Of a DNA stretch of 64,000 nucleotides, positions 1 through 10,171 are shown in pieces (position 1 is the first letter of the stretch; each line of letters opens with the position of its first letter). This stretch comes from Trueperaceae bacterium (GTDB lineage Bacteria > Deinococcota > Deinococci > Deinococcales > Trueperaceae). The notes beneath the pieces are model-generated. The model saw only the letters and a list, made by a program, of their open reading frames with translations, made no database searches and was not told the origin of the DNA. The position numbers were made by a program, and so were the translations under genes. Location of the stretch: the NCBI GenBank assembly GCA_034521815.1, contig JAXHLW010000013.1, positions 1,248,001-1,312,000 on the forward strand, in the 5' to 3' direction.

Positions 1-624
1 AAGGCCGTCGGTCGCGATCGCCAGCACGTCGCCCGAGCGAACGTCGAGCGTGGCCGTGTCGGGAGCCACCTGCGGCCGGGTTCCGAGCGCACGGGTGATC
101 AGGTTCCGGAGCTCGTGGCCGCGCGCCTCGTCCTCGCTCAGGACGCCCTTCTCGACCTGCTCCTCGACCCAGCTGTGGTCCTTCGTCAGCTGATAGATGC
201 GAGGCTCCCGGACGAGCCATGCGCGCGAATCGCCGACGTGCCCCACGTAGCCTTCGTTGCCCTCGAGCGCGATGCACGTCAGGGTCGTGCCCATTCCCCG
301 CGATCCGCGTCGGCTCAACGCGGCGGTGTGCACGCGGCGATTCGCGAGGCGGATCGCCTTCTCCAGCAACGACTCGAGCCCGACGACGTGACGTCCGTCG
401 TCGCGCTCGTCGACGTAGCGGCGGAGCGTCTCGTCGAGCGCCTCGATCGCGATCTTGCTGGCGACCTCGCCGGCCGCGGCGCCGCCCATGCCGTCCGCCA
501 CCGCGATCACCGTCAGCTCGTTCCCGATGGTGCGCGGGAAACGCCAGACGCGATGGTAGTCCTCGTTCAGCGGGCGAACGCGTCCGGCGTCCGAGCCGTG
601 GCCGACGCGAAGGAAGGTGGGCAC
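1..624 (-). CDS. PP2C-family Ser/Thr protein phosphatase (3' end outside window)
   Basis: Not in the ORF track. Manual translation from GTG 624 gives VPTFLRVGHGSDAGRVRPLNEDYHRV...IAVADGMGG..., with later HVGDSR and DHSW motifs typical of PP2C. TACACT lies 6 nt upstream. Confidence 0.9.
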   Translation of the reverse strand, partial: MPTFLRVGHGSDAGRVRPLNEDYHRVWRFPRTIGNELTVIAVADGMGGAAAGEVASKIAIEALDETLRRYVDERDDGRHVVGLESLLEKAIRLANRRVHTAALSRRGSRGMGTTLTCIALEGNEGYVGHVGDSRAWLVREPRIYQLTKDHSWVEEQVEKGVLSEDEARGHELRNLITRALGTRPQVAPDTATLDVRSGDVLAIATDGL

Positions 625-703
625 GGCGCCAGTGTATCGTCTCGGCGCGATCCCCGTTCGGCATCGAACGCCGCGGCCCGCCCGTGCCTCGACCTGGTAG
701 GCG

Positions 704-1324
704 TCAGTTGCCGCCGTGACGGGGCCGCTTGAGCGTCTCCAGGTAGGGATAGTCCGCGAGCATGCCGCGCAGGCGCACGAACAGCTCGACCGCGGCGTCG
801 CGTTCCGCGGGAACCTCGCGTAGCCGGACGTAGGCGGTATCGCCGGAGGCGAAGCCGAACGTGGGCGTGCCGAACACGTGCTCGGCCTCGCCCCGGTGAT
901 GCTCGCGCGCCAGGCGCGTACGCGCTTCGGGATCGGCCAGGTCGCGCTCGAAGCAGGCGAGGTGCAGCCGCGCCTCCTCGGCCACCTCCATCACCGTCGA
1001 CAGGTGGAACGGCCGGTGACCTAAGTGCCGCGCCCGCAACAGCGCCATTCGAAACAGGTCGTGCTGCTCAGGGCCTTGGTTGCGTGCAGCGGTCGACGCC
1101 AGGAACGGAAGCAACCCCATCGTTCCTCGGTCGTCACGCTCGCTCAGGCGCTCGTTCCAGAGCTGCCAGTCGTCGCCGCTCGGTCGGTTCGCCTGGTACA
1201 GGCTGAAGTGGCTCCACTCGAATCGCAGGCCCAGGGGCTCCGCCACCGACGCCGACAGCACCGCCGCACGCCAGGCGAAGGGGCAGAGGTAGTCGAAGTA
1301 CACCGTGACCGGCTCCGGAAGCAT
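704..1324 (-). CDS. DsbA/DSBA-like thioredoxin-fold protein
   Basis: VTVYFDYLCPFAW (single-Cys CPxA motif) and the VFGTPTF cis-Pro loop. Confidence 0.8.
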   Translation of the reverse strand: MLPEPVTVYFDYLCPFAWRAAVLSASVAEPLGLRFEWSHFSLYQANRPSGDDWQLWNERLSERDDRGTMGLLPFLASTAARNQGPEQHDLFRMALLRARHLGHRPFHLSTVMEVAEEARLHLACFERDLADPEARTRLAREHHRGEAEHVFGTPTFGFASGDTAYVRLREVPAERDAAVELFVRLRGMLADYPYLETLKRPRHGGN

Positions 1325-1402
1325 GGCGGCATTGAACCCTGGAGGACCTGCCGGAGAGGTCGCCCCCCCGACGGACCGCGCGCCGTCCGTCCGCTCCGGC
1401 GC

Positions 1403-1705
1403 TCAGTTCGGGTCGTCCTCGCCGCGCGCGCCGGGCGCGATTCCGGTGCCGGAGGAAGCGGAGGCGTCCAGCGTTCGCCGCAGCGTCCGTGCCAGCGCGT
1501 CGGCCTGCGCCCGGGGAAGAACCACGCGCGACACGACCTGGGGCTTGTGATGCGGCAGCGCGGCGACGAAATCGAGGACCACCTCGTGCCTGCCGTGCGT
1601 GACCACGGTCGCGTTCGCGTAGCGGCCGCGGGCCGTGTCCGCGTCGAGGTTCAGCTCGACACGCGGACGCGTCTTTCCGTGCTCGTCTTGCGGGTCGTCG
1701 CTCAC
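1403..1705 (-). CDS. DUF3467-like small protein
   Basis: GRYANATVVTHGRHEVVLDF...VVSRVVLP pattern. The start overlaps the upstream stop. Confidence 0.7.
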   Translation of the reverse strand: MSDDPQDEHGKTRPRVELNLDADTARGRYANATVVTHGRHEVVLDFVAALPHHKPQVVSRVVLPRAQADALARTLRRTLDASASSGTGIAPGARGEDDPN

Positions 1706-2079
1706 GCCGCGGTCGCCTCGGCGAGATCGGCCGCGGTCCGACGCAACGCCAGGCGCGCTCGACCGAGGTCGGCGATGTCGTCGAGCACCATCACGGCCAC
1801 ATGGTTGTCCGCCGGCGCGGCGAGCGGGGCCAGCAGAACGGGGCCGCGCTCGTACTCGATCGTCGCCTGGCGCAGCTCGCCGTCGCCGAACAGCTCGGCG
1901 AGCGCGCGGCTGGACGCCAGGCTTCCCGCGATCAGACCGGCGATCAGGCCGGAGGCCTCGTCCGCGTCCGCGCCGTCACGTCCGACCGTCTCGACGACGA
2001 ACCCGTCGAGACTCGCGATCGCGACGCTGCGAACCCCGCGCGTGACGACGAGCTCCTCGAGGCGTTCGCGAAGCGTCAT
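1702..2079 (-). CDS. Roadblock/LC7 (MglB-like) domain protein
   Basis: MTLRERLEELVVTRGVRSVAIASLDGFVVE...ATIEYERGPVLL...ADLGRARLAL. The ATG at 2079 overlaps the upstream stop. Confidence 0.85.
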   Translation of the reverse strand: MTLRERLEELVVTRGVRSVAIASLDGFVVETVGRDGADADEASGLIAGLIAGSLASSRALAELFGDGELRQATIEYERGPVLLAPLAAPADNHVAVMVLDDIADLGRARLALRRTAADLAEATAA

Positions 2080-2462
2080 GCGAGCGCCGCCTCGATGCCC
2101 GGAATCGCGGCGTGCACGGCCTCGCGGACGCCCGCGGGCTCGCTGTCCCCCGCGACGACGAGCACCACGAACGAACGATCCTGGAGGCGGCGGATCAGGA
2201 CGGCCGCGTCGGCCGAGCGCAGCCACGCCTCCTCGACGGCGGCGGCGGCGAGCGCTTCGGTCGAGAGACGGTCCGCCGCGGCCAGCAGATCGGCCGCCTC
2301 CGCGCCCACCAGCGGCAGATCATCGACGGCGTCCGCCGCCGTGGCGACGTCCGATGCGGCCACGACCGATTCGATCAGCAGCCCGTCGCGGCCCACGACC
2401 GCAGCGACCCGTCCACCGGCCCGCGTCAGACAGTCGTGCAGCAACCGTTCCAGCTCGTCCAT
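2076..2462 (-). CDS. Roadblock/LC7 (MglB-like) domain protein
   Basis: AAVVGRDGLLIE motif; 128 aa. Confidence 0.8.
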   Translation of the reverse strand: MDELERLLHDCLTRAGGRVAAVVGRDGLLIESVVAASDVATAADAVDDLPLVGAEAADLLAAADRLSTEALAAAAVEEAWLRSADAAVLIRRLQDRSFVVLVVAGDSEPAGVREAVHAAIPGIEAALA

Positions 2463-2531
2463 AGAAATCCCAGTCTAGCACGGCGTCACGGGCGCGCCGA
2501 GGGCGACCTGGGGTCTGCTACGCTGCAGCGG

Positions 2532-3248
2532 ATGCAACTCCACGTTCATACCGCACCGGAGCGCCTGGCCCCCTACGTCCTGCTGCCCGGAGATCCGGGC
2601 CGCGCGACGTTCGTCGCCGAGACCTTCCTCGACGAGGCCGAGCTGACCACCGACAACCGTGGCCTGTTGGGCTACACCGGCCGCTACCGCGGGGTCCCCG
2701 TCAGCGTCCAGACCACCGGGATGGGCTGCCCGAGCCTGGCCATCGTGGTCGAGGAGCTGATCCGCCTGGGCGCCCACACGCTGGTCCGGATCGGCACCGC
2801 GGGCGTCGTCGCGGACCGCGTCGTGCCGGGCGACCTGATCGTCGCCGACGCGTCCGTCCCGAACGACGGCACGACCCGCCAGTACCTGGGAGGGGCGCCG
2901 TACGCTCCTGCGGCCTCGTTCGAGACGACCCGCGCGCTGGTGGACGCCAGCGCCGCGCACGGCGGGGCGCACGTGGGCCTGATCCGGACCGAGGACGCGT
3001 TCTACGCCACCGCGCCCGAGGACGTGCCCGCGATGGCCGCCCAGGGCGTGCTGGCGGTCGAGATGGAAGCCGCCGCGCTGTTCGTGCTCGGGCGGCTGCG
3101 CGACGTGCGGACCGGCTGCATGCTGGTCGCCAGCAACCGGATCGGCGATCCGTCGTTCGTGGAGCCGCAGATCCTGCGCTCCGGCGTCGAGCGCATGGTG
3201 CGCACGGCGCTCGACGCGTTCGTCGCGCTGGACGAGGCCGACCGGTGA
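2532..3248 (+). CDS. deoD: purine-nucleoside phosphorylase (DeoD/Udp family)
   Basis: VLLPGDPGRA, TTGMGCPS, RIGTAG and VEMEAA motifs. Start reassigned to ATG 2532, 7 nt after TACGCT. Confidence 0.85.
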   Translation: MQLHVHTAPERLAPYVLLPGDPGRATFVAETFLDEAELTTDNRGLLGYTGRYRGVPVSVQTTGMGCPSLAIVVEELIRLGAHTLVRIGTAGVVADRVVPGDLIVADASVPNDGTTRQYLGGAPYAPAASFETTRALVDASAAHGGAHVGLIRTEDAFYATAPEDVPAMAAQGVLAVEMEAAALFVLGRLRDVRTGCMLVASNRIGDPSFVEPQILRSGVERMVRTALDAFVALDEADR

Positions 3249-4102
3249 ACGTGACCGTCGTCGGTGCCGGCACGATGGGCGCCGGCATCGCGCAAGCCTG
3301 CCTCGTCGCCGGTCACCGCGTCACGCTGCACGACGCGCGCGACGAGGCGGCCGTCGCGGCGCGCTCCGTCCTGGAGAAGGGTCTCGCGCGTGCCGCGGCG
3401 AAGGACCGTCTGGGCGGGCGCGACCCGGAGACGCTGCTGGGTCGGCTCACGATTCGCTCGGGCGCTGCCGAAGACGCGGTGTCCGACGCCGACGTCGTGA
3501 TCGAGGCGGTGGTCGAGGATCCCGACCTCAAGGCCCGCCTGTGGTCCGCCGTCGCCGCAGCGGCGCCCGCCGAGGCGCTTCTCTGCACGAACACGTCCAG
3601 TCTGTCGGTCACGGCGCTCGCGACCGCCTCCGGTCGTCCAGGCCGCTTCTGCGGCCTTCACTTCTTCAACCCCGTCTCGGCGCTCCCGCTCGTCGAGGTG
3701 GTCAGGGGCGAAGCGACGCCCGAGGCCACCATGCGCGAGGCCGAGCGCTTCGCCGAGGGCCTCGGCAAGACGCCGGTCCGCTGCGAGGACCGGCCCGGGT
3801 TCCTCGTGAACCGGCTGCTGATCCCGTACCTGAACGAGGCGGCGCAGCTCGCGGACGAAGGCGTGGCCGATGCGGCCTCGATCGACACCGCCCTGCGGCT
3901 GGGCGCGAGCATGCCGATGGGTCCGCTGGCGCTGGCCGACCTGATCGGCCTGGACGTGGTGCTGGCCGTGATGGAGAACCTGCACGCCGAGCTCGGAGAG
4001 CCGCGCTACCGACCTGCGCCGATGCTGCGGCGGATGGTGCGCGCGGGCCGGCTGGGGCGCAAGTCCGGCCGAGGATTCCACGACTACGGAGGGGACGCAT
4101 GA
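3245..4102 (+). CDS. 3-hydroxyacyl(butyryl)-CoA dehydrogenase
   Basis: GAGTMG Rossmann motif, TNTSSL, GLHFFNP and PMGPL..ADLIGLD. Confidence 0.93.
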   Translation: MNVTVVGAGTMGAGIAQACLVAGHRVTLHDARDEAAVAARSVLEKGLARAAAKDRLGGRDPETLLGRLTIRSGAAEDAVSDADVVIEAVVEDPDLKARLWSAVAAAAPAEALLCTNTSSLSVTALATASGRPGRFCGLHFFNPVSALPLVEVVRGEATPEATMREAERFAEGLGKTPVRCEDRPGFLVNRLLIPYLNEAAQLADEGVADAASIDTALRLGASMPMGPLALADLIGLDVVLAVMENLHAELGEPRYRPAPMLRRMVRAGRLGRKSGRGFHDYGGDA

Positions 4103-4944
4103 GCGACGACCCGAACGGCACGGACGAAACGCACGGCGCGGGCGACCCGGGCGAGCTGGCGGACAACACGGTGTTCGAGCACCTTCGCCTCGAAACCGAC
4201 GAGGGCGTCGCGTTTCTCACCTTGGACCGCGAGGAGGCGTTGAACGCCTTGAGCGGCGAGATGCTGCTGGAGCTGGGCATGGCGATCGAGCTGGTCGAGG
4301 CGGACATCGATGTCCGGGCGCTGGTGGTGTCGGGGGCGGGCCGCGGATTCTGCGCCGGCGCGGATCTGGCAGGCTTCGCCGATCTGGACGACGCGTTCTC
4401 CGGACGCGAAGCGGCGCTGGCCGGCCAGGACGTGATGAGCTCGCTGGCGGCGTTGCCGATCCCCACCGTGGCGGCGCTGCACGGCTTCGCGGCCGGAGGC
4501 GGCCTGGAGCTGGCGCTGGCGTGCGACCTGCGCGTCGCCGCGCCGGGTACCCGGCTGGGCCTGCCCGAGACGACGCGAGGGCTGATCCCCGGCTACGGCG
4601 GCACGCAGCGGCTTCCCCGCCTGATCGGCGAGGCGCGGGCGCTGGACCTGATCCTGACCGGTCGCCTGGTCCCGGCCGAGGAGGCGCTGAGTCTCGGCCT
4701 GGTGTCGCGCCTCGCAGACGACCCCGTCGCCGAGGCCGAAGCGTTGGCGCGCGGCATGCTGCGCAGCGCGCCGGTCGCGCTGGGACTCGCGAAGGAGGCG
4801 GTCGTTCGCGGCATGGACGGAACGCTTCCCCAGGGCCTCGAGGTCGAGGCCGACCTGTTCGGCCTCGTCGTCACGACCGACGATTCCGCCGAAGGCGTCC
4901 GCTCCTTCCTCGAGAAGCGCGATCCCGAGTTCGAAGGGCGCTGA
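4099..4944 (+). CDS. enoyl-CoA hydratase/isomerase
   Basis: FCAGADL, GGGLELALACD and PGYGGTQRL. ATGA overlap with the upstream gene. Confidence 0.92.
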   Translation: MSDDPNGTDETHGAGDPGELADNTVFEHLRLETDEGVAFLTLDREEALNALSGEMLLELGMAIELVEADIDVRALVVSGAGRGFCAGADLAGFADLDDAFSGREAALAGQDVMSSLAALPIPTVAALHGFAAGGGLELALACDLRVAAPGTRLGLPETTRGLIPGYGGTQRLPRLIGEARALDLILTGRLVPAEEALSLGLVSRLADDPVAEAEALARGMLRSAPVALGLAKEAVVRGMDGTLPQGLEVEADLFGLVVTTDDSAEGVRSFLEKRDPEFEGR

Positions 4945-4956
4945 GTCGGCTTCGGC

Positions 4957-5937
4957 ATGCCGTTCCGCATCCGCTTCACGCTCATCGTGCTCGCCTCTCT
5001 GCTCGCCGCGATCCTGGTGCTGCCTCTCGTCTGGCCCGTCCCGCCCCTCGAGGGAACACGCCCGGCCGCGGAGCTGGCCGAGGAGGACGCCGACTGGATC
5101 GACGCGGGCGCCCTGATGCTGCACGCCCGGATCGCCGGGCCGGACGACGCCGCGTCACCGGGGGCGGCGTTCCTCCACGGCTTCGGATCGAACCTCGAGA
5201 GCTTCGCCCCGCTCCAAGCCGGCCTGGCCGACCGGGTCCGCACGGTCGCGTGGGATCGGCCCGCCTTCGGGCTGACCGAGCGCGTCCTGAGCTGGCCGGA
5301 CGAGAACCCGTACGGTCCAGGCGCCCAGGTGGGGCACGTTCTGGTGGCGCTGGACGCCGCGGGCATCGACCGTGCGGTGCTGATCGGCCATTCGGCGGGC
5401 GGCGCGATCGCGCTCAGCGCAGCGCTGCGACACCCGGCGCGCGTCTCCGGCCTGGTCCTGATCGCGCCGGCGGTGTATCGCGGCGGGGGCGCGCCCGCCT
5501 GGTCGCGCTGGATGCTGGGCACGCCGCAGCTGGAGCGCATCGGGCCGGCGCTGATGCGTCAGCTGGGCGGCGAGCCCGGCGAGAGCCTTCTCCGCTCGTC
5601 GTACGCCGATCCTGCGCGCCTGGACCCAGGGGTGCTCGACGCCTACCGGCGTGCGACCCGGGCCGACGACTGGGACCGGGCGCTATGGGAGCTGGTCAAG
5701 GCCAGCCGCGAGCCCGACGTCGCCTCGCGCCTCGGCCAGGTACGAGTTCCCGTGCTCGTCGTCACCGGCCTCCAGGACCAGATCGTTCCGCCCGACCAGA
5801 CGCGCCGGCTCGCGCGCGAGCTGCCGTCCGCGACCCTGGTCGAGCTGCAGGGCTGCGGGCACGTACCCCAGGAGGAGTGCGCTGCAGAGCTTCTGAGCGC
5901 CGTCCAGAGCTGGTGGAGCGACGAGCTGGACCGCTGA
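4957..5937 (+). CDS. alpha/beta hydrolase with N-terminal membrane anchor
   Basis: LHGFG, GHSAGG nucleophile elbow and GHVPQEE; hydrophobic N-terminus. Confidence 0.9.
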   Translation: MPFRIRFTLIVLASLLAAILVLPLVWPVPPLEGTRPAAELAEEDADWIDAGALMLHARIAGPDDAASPGAAFLHGFGSNLESFAPLQAGLADRVRTVAWDRPAFGLTERVLSWPDENPYGPGAQVGHVLVALDAAGIDRAVLIGHSAGGAIALSAALRHPARVSGLVLIAPAVYRGGGAPAWSRWMLGTPQLERIGPALMRQLGGEPGESLLRSSYADPARLDPGVLDAYRRATRADDWDRALWELVKASREPDVASRLGQVRVPVLVVTGLQDQIVPPDQTRRLARELPSATLVELQGCGHVPQEECAAELLSAVQSWWSDELDR

Positions 5938-6040
5938 GCGGACGGATCGCCGAGACGGAGCGCCCACCGATCCGCGTCGATCGGTCCGCGTCGATCGGTC
6001 CGCGCAAGGCCGCCGCACGACCGGGTGGTACGCTCGCGAC

Positions 6041-7099
6041 ATGGACTTCGACTACGACCTGCTGAGGAAGCTGTCCGAGACGCCGGGCGTCCCAGGGCGC
6101 GAGGAGCTGGTGCGCGAGCGGATCGTGGACGCGCTCGAAGGACTGGATCTCGACGTTCGGGTCGACGCGATGGGCAACCTGATCGCCGAGAGCGCAGGTC
6201 TCGAAGGCGCTCCGAAGGTCATGATCGCCGCGCACATGGACGAGATCGGCTTCATCGTGCGGCACGTCGGCGACGACGGCTTCCTTCGGGTGCAGAACCT
6301 CGGCGGGTTCGACCGTCGCAACCTGTTCGCCCGCCAGGTGCTGGTCCACGCCCGGTCGGGCGAGCCGCGCATCGGCGTGCTCCACCCTGCGACGAAGCCC
6401 GTCCACATCGCGACGGACGACGAGAAGAAGAAGATCCCCGAGATGGCCGACTTCGCCGTCGATCTCGGGCTGGACGCCGAGACCGTGAGGCGCGAGGTCC
6501 GGATCGGCGACATGGTCACGCTGCTGCAGCCGTTCCAGGACCTGGGGCCGGTCGTCGTCGGCAAGGCGCTCGACGATCGCAGCGGCTGCTGGGTGCTGGT
6601 GGAGACGCTGCGCCGCGTGCGCGAGCCCGCCTGCCGGATCCAAGCGGTGTTCACCGTGCAGGAGGAGGTCGGCCTGCGCGGCGCCGCGACGGGAGCGTAC
6701 GGACTGGCTCCCGACGTGGGGATCGCCCTGGACACGACGTTGGCCGTCGACACCCCCGGCACGCCGGCCCACGAGGCGATCACCAGGCTCGGTGACGGCG
6801 TCGGCATCAAGGTGTCGGACAGCTCGACCGTCTCGCACGGCTGGCTGGTCGACCGGATGGCGGAGCTGGCCGATCGCGACGGGATTCCGCATCAGTTCGA
6901 GGTGCTCCCCCTGGGCGGCACCGATGCCGGAGCGATCCAGCGGAGCCGCGACGGGGTTCCCAGCGTGACGCTGTCGACGCCGTCGCGCTACGTCCACACC
7001 GTGACCGAGATGATCTCCAAGCGCGACGTCGAGGCCACGATCGCCCTCCTGACGGCGTTCCTCACCGACGAGCAGGCGCCCCTGGCGCCGAGCCGCTGA
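6041..7099 (+). CDS. M42 family metallo-aminopeptidase
   Basis: AAHMDEIG, GKALDDR, VQEEVGLRGA, GGTDA and RYVHT. Confidence 0.93.
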   Translation: MDFDYDLLRKLSETPGVPGREELVRERIVDALEGLDLDVRVDAMGNLIAESAGLEGAPKVMIAAHMDEIGFIVRHVGDDGFLRVQNLGGFDRRNLFARQVLVHARSGEPRIGVLHPATKPVHIATDDEKKKIPEMADFAVDLGLDAETVRREVRIGDMVTLLQPFQDLGPVVVGKALDDRSGCWVLVETLRRVREPACRIQAVFTVQEEVGLRGAATGAYGLAPDVGIALDTTLAVDTPGTPAHEAITRLGDGVGIKVSDSSTVSHGWLVDRMAELADRDGIPHQFEVLPLGGTDAGAIQRSRDGVPSVTLSTPSRYVHTVTEMISKRDVEATIALLTAFLTDEQAPLAPSR

Positions 7100-7109
7100 A
7101 CGGAGTCCC

Positions 7110-7848
7110 GTGGTCCTCGGCCTGATCAGCGACGTGCACGCGAACCTGATCGCGCTGGACGCAGCGCTTCAGGCGATGCGCAGGGCCGGCGCGGAGCAGG
7201 TGGTGTGCCTCGGCGACCTGGTCGGCTACGGTCCGGCGCCGAACGAGACCGTCGAGCGGATCCGCGAGGAAGGGCTGCTGTGCACGCTGGGCGCGGCCGA
7301 CGAGCGTATCGCGTTCGACTTCGCTCGTACCGCCGTGCCCCGCAAAGGCGTCGGCGACGCGACGCTCGAATGGACACGGGAGGTGCTGGAGCCGCAGCAC
7401 GTCGCCTGGCTGCGCCAGCTTCCCGTGCAGCGCCGGCTGGCGACGCCCGCCGGGCGCCTGCGGGCGTTCCACGGCACGGCCGAGGATCCAGGCGACCGGA
7501 CCGATCTGCACCGCGATCCTCAGCAGCTCGCCCGGCTTCTCGACCGGCACCGCTGCAGCATCCTGGCCAGCGGCGGAACGCACGTGCCGTACCAGCGTCG
7601 GATCGGCGACCGCGTCGCCGTGAACCCGGGCTCGGTCGGGCTGTCCCTGAACGGCGAGCCCGGCGCCGACTACGCGCTGTTGCGGATCGACGAGGGCGGC
7701 ATCGACGTGCGCATGGACAAGGTCGAGTACGACGTCGCGGCGGTGGCCTTCGACATCATCGCCTGGGGCCTGCCTCCCGTCGTCGCCGAGGCGATCCAGC
7801 GAGGACGCATGCCCGCCGAAGAACGACGAAGACGACGTCACCACCTGA
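7110..7848 (+). CDS. calcineurin-like metallophosphoesterase (apparent 1-nt frameshift near the 3' end)
   Basis: ISDVHAN, CLGDLVGYG and VNPGSVG. As sequenced the ORF runs to 8117 into the convergent thiolase; removing one base near 7820 gives EDDEDDVTT-TGA at 7846-7848. Confidence 0.8.
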
Positions 7849-7864
7849 CGCGGAAGCCCGCCGC

Positions 7865-9049
7865 TCAGTCCTGCGTCTCGGCCTCCAGCCCCAGCGCCAG
7901 CGCCTCGCCGCCGCCGATGCAGATCGCCGCGACGCCTTTGCGGCCGCCCGAGAGCCGCAGCGCGTTCAGGAGCGTCACGACGATACGCGTGCCCGACGCC
8001 CCGATCGGGTGTCCCAGCGCCACGGCGCCGCCCAGCACGTCGACCTTGTCGTCCGGCAGCTCGAACGTCTTCATCGCCGCCATCGTGACGACCGCGAACG
8101 CCTCGTTGATCTCGTAGCGATCGACCTCGTCGGGCGACCACCCCAGCCGATCGAACAGCGTGCGCAGCGCGCCCAGCGGCGCCGTCGTGAAGCGGACGGG
8201 CTCCTGGGCGTGGGAGCTCCAGCCCGTCAGGCTCGCCAGGATCGGCAGGCCCCGGCGCTCCGCCTCCTCGCGCGACAGGACGACCACCGCTGCCGCCCCG
8301 TCGTTGATCGTCGACGCGTTCGCCGCGGTCACCGTCCCATCCTTCTCGAACGCGGGCCGCAGGGTCGCGATGCGATCGAACTTCACGGCCCAGGGCCCCT
8401 CGTCCTCCTCGACCACCGTCACCGCGCCCTTGCGGCCGGGCACCTCGACGGGCACGATCTCGTGCGCCGCCGCGCCGCTGCGGGTCGCCTCCTGCGCACG
8501 CCGGTAGGAGCGCTCGGCGAAGGCGTCCTGCGCGACGCGGTCGAACGCGTGCTCCGTCGCGCACAGCTCGGCGCAGCTCCCCATGTGGACGTCTTCGTAG
8601 ACGTCCCAGAGCCCGTCGTGCACCAGCGAGTCCACCATCTTCCCGTCGCCCAGGCGGAGTCCGGCCCGCACGCCCGGCACGAGGTAGGGCGCGTTGCTCA
8701 TCGACTCCATGCCACCGGCCACGACGATGCGGGCGTCGCCCACGGCGATCGCACGCGCCGCCTGCACGATCGTCTCCAGGCCGCTTCCGCACATCTTGTT
8801 GAGCGTGACCGTCGGCGTCGATACCGGCAGGCCGGCACGAATCGCGGCCTGACGGGCCGGCGCCTGGCCCTGCCCGGCCGAGAGGACGTTGCCCATCAGC
8901 ACCAGGTCCACGTCGGTCGCCTCGATGCCGGCTCGCTGGACGGCGCCCCGAATCGCGGCGGCCCCGAGCTCGGGGGCGGGCAGCGGGGCGAGGGCGCCCT
9001 GGAACGCGCCGATGGCGGTGCGCGCGGCGGATGCGATCACGATGTCCAT
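7865..9049 (-). CDS. acetyl-CoA C-acetyltransferase (thiolase)
   Basis: NKMCGSG, EINEAFA, GHPIGASG and CIGGG. Confidence 0.95.
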   Translation of the reverse strand: MDIVIASAARTAIGAFQGALAPLPAPELGAAAIRGAVQRAGIEATDVDLVLMGNVLSAGQGQAPARQAAIRAGLPVSTPTVTLNKMCGSGLETIVQAARAIAVGDARIVVAGGMESMSNAPYLVPGVRAGLRLGDGKMVDSLVHDGLWDVYEDVHMGSCAELCATEHAFDRVAQDAFAERSYRRAQEATRSGAAAHEIVPVEVPGRKGAVTVVEEDEGPWAVKFDRIATLRPAFEKDGTVTAANASTINDGAAAVVVLSREEAERRGLPILASLTGWSSHAQEPVRFTTAPLGALRTLFDRLGWSPDEVDRYEINEAFAVVTMAAMKTFELPDDKVDVLGGAVALGHPIGASGTRIVVTLLNALRLSGGRKGVAAICIGGGEALALGLEAETQD

Positions 9050-9059
9050 GATGGCGAGT

Positions 9060-9986
9060 CTACCGCCGGAAGGTCACCTCGACCGCGGCGCCTTGCCAGC
9101 GGATCGTCAGCGGAAGATCGAGGCGCGTCCCGGTGGGCAGCCAGGCGACGGCGATCCACGGGGCGCCCGGACCGACGGCGTCGGCGCTTCCCGCGAGCGT
9201 CTCGTGCCGGGCTCCGGTCGCGAGCAGCTCGCGACCGCCGGCCGACAGCGAAATCCCCTCCAGCGACGCGCCGGCCGTGCGCGAGGTCCCGATGATCAGC
9301 AGCGCGCGCGCCGCGCCGGCTTCCGCGAGGGCCTCGTCGACCACGGTCCGTAGCTCGGGCGCGAGCAGGGGCACGAGCGCCAGGTCGGTCGCCCATACGG
9401 CGACGTCGCTGACGCCGTCCTCGTCCGGCTCGGACACGATCTCGACCGCCACCGCACCCGGAGCGGGTCGCAGGACGGTCGCCCTCGGGTCGTCGCTCGC
9501 CGTCCGCGCGGGAGGCTGGACGTGAAGCGTCCAGACGCGCCCGCGAGCGTCTCTCACGGTTCGCGGACCGGTACGGACCAGCCCGAACGGCGCCCCGGCG
9601 TCCAGCGGTAGCCACCAGCCGTCGGGACGACGCTCGGCCGGAGCGGACAGCGAGGTCTCCCCCGCACGCAGGCCCGCCGCCGTGCCGTCCACGGAGCCGT
9701 CGAACAGGGTAAGGGTGACGCCTTCGGTGCGAAGGACCAGCACCGACCCGTCCGCCACGACCTCCGCCCCCACGACGTGGGCGAGCCTGTCGGCCCGGAC
9801 CCACGGCTGCGGCGCGCCGGGCAGCGCCTGCAGCACGCCGGCCGTCGCGTCGGTCTCCTGCTGCGCCGCCGCCCAGGGCGCCCCGAGCCCGACGAGCAGC
9901 GTCAGGATCGCGGCCAGCAGACACGGCGTGCAGAGCGACGTACGGAGCGTCGTGCAGAGCGTCGTGCAGAGCGAACGGTCGCGCAT
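9060..9986 (-). CDS. exported hypothetical protein; N-terminal part resembles a copper-amine-oxidase-N/stalk domain
   Basis: Signal peptide LLAAILTLLVGLGAPWAAA-Q, then PWVRADRLAHVVGAEV...WWLPL. The ATG at 9986 is 7 nt after TAGCCT. Confidence 0.6.
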   Translation of the reverse strand: MRDRSLCTTLCTTLRTSLCTPCLLAAILTLLVGLGAPWAAAQQETDATAGVLQALPGAPQPWVRADRLAHVVGAEVVADGSVLVLRTEGVTLTLFDGSVDGTAAGLRAGETSLSAPAERRPDGWWLPLDAGAPFGLVRTGPRTVRDARGRVWTLHVQPPARTASDDPRATVLRPAPGAVAVEIVSEPDEDGVSDVAVWATDLALVPLLAPELRTVVDEALAEAGAARALLIIGTSRTAGASLEGISLSAGGRELLATGARHETLAGSADAVGPGAPWIAVAWLPTGTRLDLPLTIRWQGAAVEVTFRR

Positions 9987-10171
9987 CGGCCGGAGGCTAG
10001 CACGCTGCGAGCGACCTCCGTGCGGCGTCCGACGGTGCGCGCTACGCCTGCGCGGTACGATCAAAGTACGTTCATACGCACGCGCTGCACGGACGCGCCG
10101 ACCCGACGGGGGCTTCACGAGACCGAGGCCCACGCGGACACGCCAAGCGTCGAGCGCGGAAGGAGACATCG

